A stretch of 64,000 nt of DNA from an uncultured Myxococcales bacterium. Its GTDB lineage: Bacteria; Myxococcota; B64-G9. The notes beneath the pieces were generated by a model that saw nothing but the letters and a program-made list of their open reading frames with translations, made no database searches and was not told the origin of the DNA. The position numbers and the translations under genes are program-made. The stretch lies in NCBI GenBank assembly GCA_964513625.1, contig CAZENH010000001.1, forward strand, positions 241,642 through 305,641, written 5' to 3'. Numbering within the stretch: position 1 is the stretch's first letter; each line of letters opens with the position of its first letter. Shown here piece after piece: positions 19,610-28,029 of the stretch.

Positions 19610-20857
19610 TTATTCTTCCAGATACACGTGCGCGAAGACCTTCGCGTCCTGAAGCATGTTGTCAATAACGCAATATTCGTTGGGCTGGTGTGCCAGATCG
19701 TCCATTGTCGACCACACCACGGCCGGAATTCCGTGCATGCGGAAGATAGCTGCCACTGTGCCTCCGCCTATACCCATTGGCTGAGGCTCGATCTTTCTGA
19801 CTTTCCTGATGGCGTCCGATACTAGCTTGACCACCGGCGCGTCTATCGAGGTGGCGGGGGCCGCTTTAGCAAGCATCGGCTGACTGATACCGATCTGCAC
19901 CCCGAAATCCTTCTCGATGCCGCGAGCCACGTTCTGCATGGTTGCAATGACGTCGTCTACCTCGTAGTCGGGCAGGATGCGGCAGTCGAAATAGAGCACT
20001 TCCTTGCCCGGAATGGTATTGACATTGGGCACGTTGGCGTCTCGCTGGGTGGGCTCGAAGGTCGATTCTGGGGGATCGAAGACCGGATCTTTGCGCGCAT
20101 ATTTCTCGTGCAGTTCGGTGTCGAGCCTGACAATCAAGTTCGCACCCGCCCTGGCTGCGTTTATACCCTCGTTGGGCGTAGAGGCATGCACTTGCTTGCC
20201 ACGAACCTCGAAGCGCGCCCAAAGAATGGATTTCTCGGCCACCTCGACCATGGTACCGTCGTGGTTGCCCGAGTCGGGAACGATGACGATATCGTCCGGC
20301 TTCACAAGTCCCGGGTTCTTTTCCAGGACGAAGTCGATTCCGTACTTGTTGCCGGTCTCCTCGTCCGAAACCATCAGCAGACAGACGTCATGACCCGGGT
20401 CGATTCCCTCGTCTAAAAAGGCTCGTAAAGCGAACAGTGCGCTTACCAGGCCCTGTTGATTGTCCTCGGTTCCGCGGCCGAAAATCTTGCCGTCCTTGAC
20501 CACGGCTGCGTGCGGGCTGGTATCCCACAGCTGTTCGTCACCGGGCGGCACGATGTCCATGTGGGCCATAACCCAGGTAACCGGCCGGGCCTGCTTGCCG
20601 CTCAAGCGGACAACCAGGTTGGGACGATTGCCCTCCGGCACGCGCTCGTCCGGGGCGTTGAACTCGGAAATATCGGTCAGGCCGAAGGATTTGATTTTCT
20701 CGATCAGAAACCTTGCCCGCTCCCATTCGCCCTGGCCGCTGTTATCCGGCCCCAGAGCTATCTTGGCCGTCAACTCCTTCTGGAACTCGATCATTTCGTT
20801 GTAGTAGCCGTCGATGCGCCTGGATAGTCTTTCGAAATCATCCTTGGATATCGACAT
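19610..20857 (-). CDS. M20-family metallopeptidase / ArgE-DapE-like deacylase
   Basis: AHMDIVPPGD and GRGTEDNQQG motifs, ~415 aa. Confidence 0.75.
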   Translation of the reverse strand: MSISKDDFERLSRRIDGYYNEMIEFQKELTAKIALGPDNSGQGEWERARFLIEKIKSFGLTDISEFNAPDERVPEGNRPNLVVRLSGKQARPVTWVMAHMDIVPPGDEQLWDTSPHAAVVKDGKIFGRGTEDNQQGLVSALFALRAFLDEGIDPGHDVCLLMVSDEETGNKYGIDFVLEKNPGLVKPDDIVIVPDSGNHDGTMVEVAEKSILWARFEVRGKQVHASTPNEGINAARAGANLIVRLDTELHEKYARKDPVFDPPESTFEPTQRDANVPNVNTIPGKEVLYFDCRILPDYEVDDVIATMQNVARGIEKDFGVQIGISQPMLAKAAPATSIDAPVVKLVSDAIRKVRKIEPQPMGIGGGTVAAIFRMHGIPAVVWSTMDDLAHQPNEYCVIDNMLQDAKVFAHVYLEE

Positions 20858-20878
20858 GTTGCACTCCTTATAGAGAAA

Positions 20879-21742
20879 ATGGTTTATCGTTTAGATCCTT
20901 GTCTTGACAATATCCAACTCCGCTGTCAAGAGTCAACCATATTGATGGCAATTGACTGTTGCAACAAGCCTTGGCAAACTTCAAACGTGAGCGAGCATAC
21001 TAACAGGCCCAAGCTATATCTGATCGCAGCTCCGATTGGTGATTTCTTCGGCGATCTCAGTGTCAATGCTTTACAGACTCTTCGAAGGATCCGAGTGGTC
21101 TTCGTGGAGGACACGGGTTTCGATGTCGAGGATCTGCTGGTGGAAAAGCTGCGCTCAAGGGGCATACTGACCGAAGAACATGAATTGTTCCCGATAGCCG
21201 GGCCAGAGGACTCCCGCAGGCAGCTTCCGTTTGTGGACGAAATGATCCGCAAAGGCACGTCGTTCGCCATTCTTGCCGATAGGGGACTGCCGTGCTTCAT
21301 CGATCCCGGCACCGAGATAATAAACCACATCATAGAGAAACACACAGGCAGCATTGATCTGGTTCCCATCGGTGCTTCCTCGGCCATGGATGCGGCCATT
21401 GCCATGTCGGGTGTGAATTGCACCAGATTCATATTTTTAGGCCACTACCCGCAAGATCACGGGCTGAACCTCGATTTCCATCTGTTGGGCGTGCCGGTTG
21501 TAGTCTACGTTAGGGGAGATTCCCTCTTGAGCTTCATCGAAAAACTGCGTTCACGGCTCGGCCGCAAGGCAGGCTCGTTTTATCTGACGGTCTTTTCAAA
21601 CATTCGCCAGCGCCTGCACAGCGCCCTGCGGCGCTTCAAACTGTCCGAACCGATCGAGAGCTTCGCGGGATTCACACCTGCAGACGATTCAACTCCGGAC
21701 GGAATATGCCAGAACAATTTCACGGTGATATTGCATCACTAG
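20879..21742 (+). CDS. RsmI-like tetrapyrrole-methylase-fold SAM methyltransferase (rRNA 2'-O-methyltransferase family)
   Basis: KLYLIAAPIGDFFGDLSVNALQTLRRIRVVFVEDT parallels the RsmI N-terminal motif (LYIVxTPIGNLxDIT...AEDT). ILADRGLPCFIDPG parallels SDAGTPxIxDPG. The start may be internal ATG 20945. Confidence 0.55.
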   Translation: MVYRLDPCLDNIQLRCQESTILMAIDCCNKPWQTSNVSEHTNRPKLYLIAAPIGDFFGDLSVNALQTLRRIRVVFVEDTGFDVEDLLVEKLRSRGILTEEHELFPIAGPEDSRRQLPFVDEMIRKGTSFAILADRGLPCFIDPGTEIINHIIEKHTGSIDLVPIGASSAMDAAIAMSGVNCTRFIFLGHYPQDHGLNLDFHLLGVPVVVYVRGDSLLSFIEKLRSRLGRKAGSFYLTVFSNIRQRLHSALRRFKLSEPIESFAGFTPADDSTPDGICQNNFTVILHH

Positions 21743-23756
21743 CTGCTGTTTTAGGCAGCAGGCGATAGAAGCCTACCGGGACGGGATCGATCCGGTAGTT
21801 GTCGCAGAATTCGGGCCGGGACGGTAAACCAGTTGTGGCTATGGGATCGAGTCGAAAAGCTGATTCGATAGCCAGGCACTCCGGCATGACTGCCCAGGTT
21901 GCAGACTTCAGGGATTGTGACCAGGCCCGGCAAGAGGCCGGTTGCCAATAGGCGAGGCATCCCTTGGAAGGATCGAGCTCGGCCGATGGTTCGACCCATG
22001 AAAGGTCGAGCCCCAGCAATCGGGTCAGGTATGTAGGCACTCGTAAGCCGATGTCGCCATATGGCCATGAGATACGCACTATTCGGCAGCCGGCAGGAAC
22101 CTTGCCTATGTTTTCCCTGAAGAAGCGGTATTCGAGCTTGAAAGTCGGCTCGAGCGGACGAAAAACCAGCGGCTTAGCTGCGATAACCGCCGCCGCCGAG
22201 GCGGCAAGTATTACAAGAAAGCTACCGAAGCGCGGTCGGATTCTCAGCATGGCTTCCCATAGCCAGGCGACGCACATGCCTGCCAGAGTGGCTCCCAATG
22301 GTACGAGCTGTAGCTGATAACGGGCTGTAACGATATCGGTTCTCGAAAAACAGGCGGTCGGCAAGGCCGGTAGCAGACCAATGCAAAGCCACAGGATGGT
22401 CCGGCCGCGTGTGCGGAACAGGGAGACAACTAATCCTGCAAGAAACAGCACGGTAAAAGGCCAGGGTGTCCTCGGGGGCGCCAGTATAGAGCGGCCCCCG
22501 AACAGGTCGAAAAGACCACGGGCCTCACTGTTGGTGGCGCAGAAAAGGGGCGAAAAGCCTCCCGACATGGCCTCGATGCTAGCGGTATAGACAGCCATGC
22601 AGGTCAGCAAGCCAAGCAGAATGGTCGGAGCGAGCACCAGCGGCCGGAATTGGATCTTGCGAATGGAGGGTGTGATCAGCACGATGACTCCCAGTGGGAG
22701 AAGCGCCAAGGACATCTCCGGCCTGGTCGTTGCCGCCAGGCAGCCTGCCAGCCAACCTAAGAAAAGTAAACTGCCCGATTTGAAGCGTCCGGAGGAAATC
22801 ACCAGGGCAAGAGAGGAGATCAGCAGGAGCGCAATCAGCCCGCCGGCGTCGTCGGTTGGTGAGAGCCGGGCGTGGATTGGCCACAGCGCCATAGCCGCAC
22901 CGGCGGCCAGTCCGGCCCAGCGACTCCCGCTGCCGAACCAGGCCAGGAAGTACACCGGAATCACAGTCAGCGCCCCGGCTACAGCTCCGGCCATGAAGGC
23001 GATCTTATCGTCAGATCCGAAAATCCAGAACCAGCCGAGGATCCAGCCCCCGAAGCCGCAGCCGAACTGGGGATATCCCGAAGGCGGGGCGGACGGTTCG
23101 GGCAGGCGCGAGACCATCTGGCCGGGCCCCGGTATCATCAGCCACTGCCGGATGATAAAAGCTGCGATCGTCAAAACAGCAATCTCAATCAGAATGCGGC
23201 GCTGTTCGGGCTCTTTCCACGGCTTTCGGCGTAAGGCGAACACTAACCCAAGAATGAGAAGACTCCAGAAAGCCGCCATCCAAGCAAGCGTGGCAAGCGC
23301 GCCTAGCGAGGAAAACCAGGGGTTGGGTCTCGACGGGGACAAGTTGGCTGCTGGAGATGCGATCAGGTGCCAGAATTCGCCATCATCTTTGTTGGCGATA
23401 GCTTGTGCTACGTTTCTGACTAGCAGCGTTCGGGCTTGGTCATCCAGGCCGTGGCTGCTTACAACGAACAACTCGAAGGAGGGAGTAGATCCGGCGGCAT
23501 CCTTACGGCCCTGATTGTCACGCAACTCGATGACCAGCTTTTCGCCGTGTGGCCCGCTCAAGTGAGCCCGAATACGGTCCTTGGGGATCTCGATGTCGGG
23601 AACCTGCCAGCCGGCAGTGTTCCCCTGGCCGATGCCGCTAAAGAGCGATTCGATCTCGGCTTCGCGCCCGGCCTCGATGATATGCGTTCCGGACGAGATC
23701 GCAACTGATGGCAGCGGCGTAAGAAATGTCAGTATGGTGCAAAGCTCGATGATCAT
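21720..23756 (-). CDS. polytopic membrane protein, GT-C-type glycosyltransferase-like (PMT_2/ArnT-like), with a ~140-aa N-terminal soluble region
   Basis: At least 10 hydrophobic helices. An acidic loop FGSDDKIAF follows the first transmembrane (TM) pair, as in PMT/ArnT-type enzymes. The family assignment is tentative. Confidence 0.4.
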   Translation of the reverse strand: MIIELCTILTFLTPLPSVAISSGTHIIEAGREAEIESLFSGIGQGNTAGWQVPDIEIPKDRIRAHLSGPHGEKLVIELRDNQGRKDAAGSTPSFELFVVSSHGLDDQARTLLVRNVAQAIANKDDGEFWHLIASPAANLSPSRPNPWFSSLGALATLAWMAAFWSLLILGLVFALRRKPWKEPEQRRILIEIAVLTIAAFIIRQWLMIPGPGQMVSRLPEPSAPPSGYPQFGCGFGGWILGWFWIFGSDDKIAFMAGAVAGALTVIPVYFLAWFGSGSRWAGLAAGAAMALWPIHARLSPTDDAGGLIALLLISSLALVISSGRFKSGSLLFLGWLAGCLAATTRPEMSLALLPLGVIVLITPSIRKIQFRPLVLAPTILLGLLTCMAVYTASIEAMSGGFSPLFCATNSEARGLFDLFGGRSILAPPRTPWPFTVLFLAGLVVSLFRTRGRTILWLCIGLLPALPTACFSRTDIVTARYQLQLVPLGATLAGMCVAWLWEAMLRIRPRFGSFLVILAASAAAVIAAKPLVFRPLEPTFKLEYRFFRENIGKVPAGCRIVRISWPYGDIGLRVPTYLTRLLGLDLSWVEPSAELDPSKGCLAYWQPASCRAWSQSLKSATWAVMPECLAIESAFRLDPIATTGLPSRPEFCDNYRIDPVPVGFYRLLPKTAASDAISP

Positions 23757-23934
23757 GGGCTACTATTCTCGCCGAAGTTGTAGTAAAAGCAAGCCGGGAG
23801 AGAAATTGAGACAAATATCCGCAATGAGCCCGAGGCAGTTCATCTCGCACCTACGCTTCCTGCGATCGAGACCGCTCGTTGCCGCCAGATTGGCCGCTAA
23901 CGTCTTCCACGCCTTTCTTTTGAAACGGCCACGG

Positions 23935-24894
23935 ATGAAAAACATGGAACTGGCCGTGACCTATCGCTGTAACCAGAAGTGCGAGATGTGCTCGGCAACG
24001 ACTTTGGCGCGCAAACACGCCCGGGTTCTATCCGTGGATGAAATCGTGGATCTGGTCGATCAATGCAAGCTTCTGGGCCTCGTGCATGTCGACCTGACTG
24101 GGGGAGAACCCTTGCTCAGGCCATGGGACGAGCTGGTAACCATTGTAGAGGGGCTTTCGAGGAACAAAGACATTATCGTGGCCATGGCAACGAACGGCCT
24201 GCTGGTAAACGCTGACAGGCTTGCAAGATTACGGCAGGCCGGCCTGACACAGATTCTTTTCAACATACAAAGCGCGGATGCCGACAACCACGATCAAATC
24301 GTGGGCGTGAGCGGAAGTTTTTCAAGAGCTGTTTCCGGAGTCGTGCAAGCCAAGAAATTGGGGTACAGCGTTTGTATCAATACGGTCATCGGCAGGCACA
24401 ATTTCGATGACATAGTCCGGCTGGGTGAAAAGTGCAAGACATGGGGTGCTTTTCTGGCCCTCAACCTGGCGGCCAGCGCCGGCGAATGGCGCACTGAACA
24501 CGAGCACAAGCTCACCGAAGATTGGTATGCCCGCTACAGCGCTCTGCTCAGGCAGCCACATGTCCGCTCTGACAACATAATCAACTTCAAGACGTTTGGT
24601 TGGGGCTGCCCCGGGGGAATCGAGAAAGTCTACGTCACAGAGTACGGCGAGGTTTTGCAGTGTCCTTTCGTCCAGGTTTCCTACGGGAATGTACGACAAG
24701 AACCGATAGATCGGATTTTCAGAAGAATGTCCAGCTCGCACTTCATCTCGAAGTATTCCGAGCGCTGCAAGCACGTCTTCTCAGAAGAGTTTCGAAAGGA
24801 ATGGCTGGACCCGTTGGATGACTTTCCTGTCTTGCCCATCAGGTACAACCAGCATCCATATTTGAAACGCAAGCCTGATTGCGAGGGCGAGTGA
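23935..24894 (+). CDS. radical SAM protein with a C-terminal SPASM/twitch-like Cys cluster
   Basis: VTYRCNQKCEMCS (CxxxCxxC). C-terminal GWGCPGG...QCPF. The track's 23581 start overlaps the convergent upstream gene, so I used the internal ATG 23935 (MKNMELAV). Confidence 0.7.
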   Translation: MKNMELAVTYRCNQKCEMCSATTLARKHARVLSVDEIVDLVDQCKLLGLVHVDLTGGEPLLRPWDELVTIVEGLSRNKDIIVAMATNGLLVNADRLARLRQAGLTQILFNIQSADADNHDQIVGVSGSFSRAVSGVVQAKKLGYSVCINTVIGRHNFDDIVRLGEKCKTWGAFLALNLAASAGEWRTEHEHKLTEDWYARYSALLRQPHVRSDNIINFKTFGWGCPGGIEKVYVTEYGEVLQCPFVQVSYGNVRQEPIDRIFRRMSSSHFISKYSERCKHVFSEEFRKEWLDPLDDFPVLPIRYNQHPYLKRKPDCEGE

Positions 24895-25757
24895 TGGAAA
24901 GCTCTGCCGGATGCCTGTTCGGTTGCGACGCTAAGGCCGTGTCTCTTGCAGGAAGTGGAGCAGCGGCTCACTACCTTTGCTGTCAGAAATGCGGGTTGGT
25001 ATTTGAAGCGCATCCGGCATCGACTGAGGAGATAGAAAAGCAGTACCGTGACGATCTGAGTTCACCGAGCAAATACTATACAAGGAGCACGGACGAGGAC
25101 CGGACTACGTTTCGACGCAGGTTGCGACTGTTGACCGCTTTCAGGCCCAAGCGCGGCAGGTTGCTCGATATCGGATGCAGCGTGGGCACCTTGATGGACG
25201 AAGCACGGCGCCTGGGTTGGGAAGCCACTGGAGTCGAACCCAATCCACTGGCGGCTGGTATTGCCCGTCGATTGAATCTGCCGGTGATCGAGGAATTCTT
25301 CGGACCGGGCGTAGTTGAGAAGATCGGTGGTGACTTTGACTGTGTAGTGTTAAATGATGTTCTGGAACATCTTCGCGATCCTGCCCGGACGCTGAGACTA
25401 GTGCACAGCGTTCTCGTTCCAGGCGGCCTGGTAATGGCCAGCACACCAAACATGCAAAGTATATTATGCCGCACCTTCCAGATGAAACCAGGTGAGCACC
25501 TTTTCCTTTTCAATGATGGCAATTTCAGGAGCATCTTCGAACGCATGGGTTTCACGATTTGTTGTCTTGCGAGCACTTCGAGAAGGCGAGCACTTTCGCA
25601 TCTCGAATTGTCGACTACAAGGCTGCCAGCCTTCCTGAAGGCCGTACTCACTGTATTGGGTCGCCTCCGGCTTGACAGACCACTGTCCTGGCTTATGGAA
25701 GAACTTCTTCGCGACGAACTACTGATAATCGCACGTAAAACCAAGCGGTTAGAGTAA
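24894..25757 (+). CDS. class I SAM-dependent methyltransferase with an N-terminal Cys4 zinc ribbon
   Basis: LLDIGCSVGTLMDEA (motif I), VLNDVLEHLRDP, and CLFGC...CCQKCG. TGATG overlaps the upstream stop. Confidence 0.7.
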   Translation: MESSAGCLFGCDAKAVSLAGSGAAAHYLCCQKCGLVFEAHPASTEEIEKQYRDDLSSPSKYYTRSTDEDRTTFRRRLRLLTAFRPKRGRLLDIGCSVGTLMDEARRLGWEATGVEPNPLAAGIARRLNLPVIEEFFGPGVVEKIGGDFDCVVLNDVLEHLRDPARTLRLVHSVLVPGGLVMASTPNMQSILCRTFQMKPGEHLFLFNDGNFRSIFERMGFTICCLASTSRRRALSHLELSTTRLPAFLKAVLTVLGRLRLDRPLSWLMEELLRDELLIIARKTKRLE

Positions 25758-27122
25758 ACGTCTGAGCTTGTTTAGTGTTTTTTCGGGGTGACCGGAAAAA
25801 AACAGGTGGCGGGCAATGGTTCGAAGCCGTTTCGACGACAAGTAGAAGTTCAGGTACGCCTCTCGTCTCAACTTGTTGAGTTGCTCGGGCGCAATGGCCG
25901 CATCTTTGCTGTAGACTGGTTTTCCGTAATAGTCGAAATCGACGATGCCTGGACGAATCAATCCCTGGGTTTTTTCGTACAGAATTGTTCCTGGCAACGG
26001 GGTGGTGATGGAAAAGGTCGCATCGTCGAGGGCTAACTCACGGGCCAGGCGGATGGTCTGTCTGATTTCGTCAGCACTTTCTCCCGGGGCTCCCAGCATG
26101 AAGTAGCCCTGAATCGAGAGTTCGAACTGCTTGGCCAGGTTCACGGCGCGTCGGATCTGCTGATGGCTAATGTGCTTGTTGTATACATCATTCAGGATGC
26201 GAGCGGAGGCCGATTCGATGCCGATGTTGATCTTGCGCAGTCCGCATCGCCGCAGTTCCGCAATGAGCTTTTCATCGAGCGTGTCTGCCCTGGCATTGCA
26301 GGCCCAGATGACCTCCGGCCGAGCCTGATGAATGGCCCGGCCGGTGGCCCGGGCCCAGTCTGCATCGATAGTGAAAGTATCATCCTGGATCATGAAGCCG
26401 CGGATTGAGAAATCACTCGCAAGTTTGGAAATCTCATCGGCTATACCCGCCGGCGATCGCTTTCTGACCGTCGAGCCGAAGAGTTTACGCAGTGTCGGCT
26501 GGCAATAGCTGCAGTTGAACGAGCAGCCGCGCGAAGCGATAATCGACGTTCCGGGATTGGCACCTGGCACAGAGTCCATCTGAAACCAGTTGCGCAGGTA
26601 GGCCCGCATCGGGAGAAGGTGCCAGGCAGGCAACGGCAGCCTGTCGAGATCCTCGATTGGTTTGCGAGGGGTGGTTCTTATCAATTTGCCTGCGCGCATG
26701 AAAGCGATACCGGCGATGTGTTCGAGGTTCCCCGGCTGACTGACGATTTCCGGCAGGGTAGTATCAGCTTCTCCGATACAAACCGCGTCGGCTCCAGTTT
26801 GTCGCAACGCCATTTCTGGTACAACCGTGGGATGTGGACCGCCAAGAATCACTTGGGTACCTGAACAGATGCTTCGGGCCATGTCGGTCACTTGCGCGGA
26901 AGTGCTCAGCATTGACGCCATGACCGAGATGCCTACCAGGTCATAGCGCTTTTTCCTGAAAGCATCGAGCAGGTAGCCAAATGGATTGGATTCAAAAGTA
27001 GTATCGAGGATATCAACCTGTACACCCTGGATACGCTCCAACTGGGCGGCCAGCAGCGCGACTCCCAGTGGAGGATCTCCCGAGCGATAGATCATGCGCG
27101 GAAATACCAGCGCGACTTTCAT
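25749..27122 (-). CDS. B12-binding (class B) radical SAM protein
   Basis: N-terminal B12-binding-like MKVALVFPRM...DILDT. SRGCSFNCSYCQPT. ATGA overlap with the upstream GT2. Confidence 0.8.
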   Translation of the reverse strand: MKVALVFPRMIYRSGDPPLGVALLAAQLERIQGVQVDILDTTFESNPFGYLLDAFRKKRYDLVGISVMASMLSTSAQVTDMARSICSGTQVILGGPHPTVVPEMALRQTGADAVCIGEADTTLPEIVSQPGNLEHIAGIAFMRAGKLIRTTPRKPIEDLDRLPLPAWHLLPMRAYLRNWFQMDSVPGANPGTSIIASRGCSFNCSYCQPTLRKLFGSTVRKRSPAGIADEISKLASDFSIRGFMIQDDTFTIDADWARATGRAIHQARPEVIWACNARADTLDEKLIAELRRCGLRKINIGIESASARILNDVYNKHISHQQIRRAVNLAKQFELSIQGYFMLGAPGESADEIRQTIRLARELALDDATFSITTPLPGTILYEKTQGLIRPGIVDFDYYGKPVYSKDAAIAPEQLNKLRREAYLNFYLSSKRLRTIARHLFFSGHPEKTLNKLRRLL

Positions 27123-27898
27123 GCTTGCCGATCCCCGTCGTATATCCCCTGGCGATCACGCCGGCGGATCTCCAGCAGGCCCCAAAACATCTTGAGCGAG
27201 TCTCGCAGAGTGTTCAGCTTGCTGTCCGGATCGTTGGTCCAGACGACCGGGACCTCGGCGATTCTGAAGCCCAGCCTGCGGGCTATAAACAACGTCTCGA
27301 CGTCGAAGACGAATCCGTCGGCCTGCACCTTGGTGAAGATTTCTTCGGCAGCCTTGGCGCGGAAACACTTGAAGCCGCACTGAGTGTCTTTTATGCCGCC
27401 AATGACAAGTGCCCGGCGCAACGGTCGAAACACCATCCCGGCGGCGTAGCGCAGGTTGGTTTGGCGGCGGGTGACGATCGAGTCTCTGAGTGCCCGCGAG
27501 CCAATCACGATGTCGGAACCGGCCGCGAAATGGGCCCAGAACTTGTCTATTTCCTCGATAGCGGTCGATGAATCGGCATCCATGAAAAGCCTGAAGTCGC
27601 CTCGCGCTGCTAGCATACCGCTACGTACCGCGAAACCCTTGCCTCGGTTGGTGTCCAGACGTAAAACACGGCCTACCGGGGGTGCTTGCAAAGTCCTTGC
27701 GTTTTGCAGGAACCAGCGTTCAGCCCAGCGGGCCGTGCGATCGCGGCTGCCGTCGTCAACGACCAGGATCTCATAGGCGTAGTCCTTATTCGACAGGTGT
27801 TCATGGATCTTCTGCAAAGTGCTCAAAATGAGCATCTCCTCGTCGAAGGCCGGTACAACGACCGAGAGCAGATCGGGTTTTTCTTTCCTGGCAATCAT
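27119..27898 (-). CDS. GT2 polyprenyl-phosphate sugar synthase (DPM1/ArnC/GtrB-like), soluble, ~259 aa
   Basis: LSVVVPAFDEE, ILVVDDGSRDRT, FMDADSS, QCGFKCF. Confidence 0.75.
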   Translation of the reverse strand: MIARKEKPDLLSVVVPAFDEEMLILSTLQKIHEHLSNKDYAYEILVVDDGSRDRTARWAERWFLQNARTLQAPPVGRVLRLDTNRGKGFAVRSGMLAARGDFRLFMDADSSTAIEEIDKFWAHFAAGSDIVIGSRALRDSIVTRRQTNLRYAAGMVFRPLRRALVIGGIKDTQCGFKCFRAKAAEEIFTKVQADGFVFDVETLFIARRLGFRIAEVPVVWTNDPDSKLNTLRDSLKMFWGLLEIRRRDRQGIYDGDRQA

Positions 27899-27909
27899 CC
27901 TGGTGCATC

Positions 27910-27938
27910 AATATATCCGTCCACGGAGCCTGTGGCAA
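27910..27938 (-). promoter_or_regulatory. candidate sigma-70-like promoter on the minus strand (TTGCCA-17-TATATT) for the GT2 to B12-rSAM operon
   Basis: The reverse complement of 27910-27938 reads TTGCCA cagg...acgga TATATT, 11 nt before ATG 27898. Confidence 0.35.
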
Positions 27939-28029
27939 CCGGACCCGGTGTGTGCTATTGATACGCCTAGCGCCGCAGACTTCGCGGCACAAGGCCGACA
28001 AATGTTGCATTTGCAGTCTTCGGTGAAAC

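Noticed and set aside
23581-23934. 118-aa N-terminal extension of the rSAM at 23935
   Set aside because: It overlaps the C-terminal end of the convergent membrane-protein gene. rSAM cores normally begin ~15-25 aa before CxxxCxxC.
27899-28029. Possible tRNA or small RNA in the ~130-nt gaps (also 40315-40457, 54836-54964, 56420-56530)
   Set aside because: No cloverleaf-compatible arms or conserved T-loop (GTTCRANYC) are seen. The gaps contain promoter-like hexamers and SDs instead.
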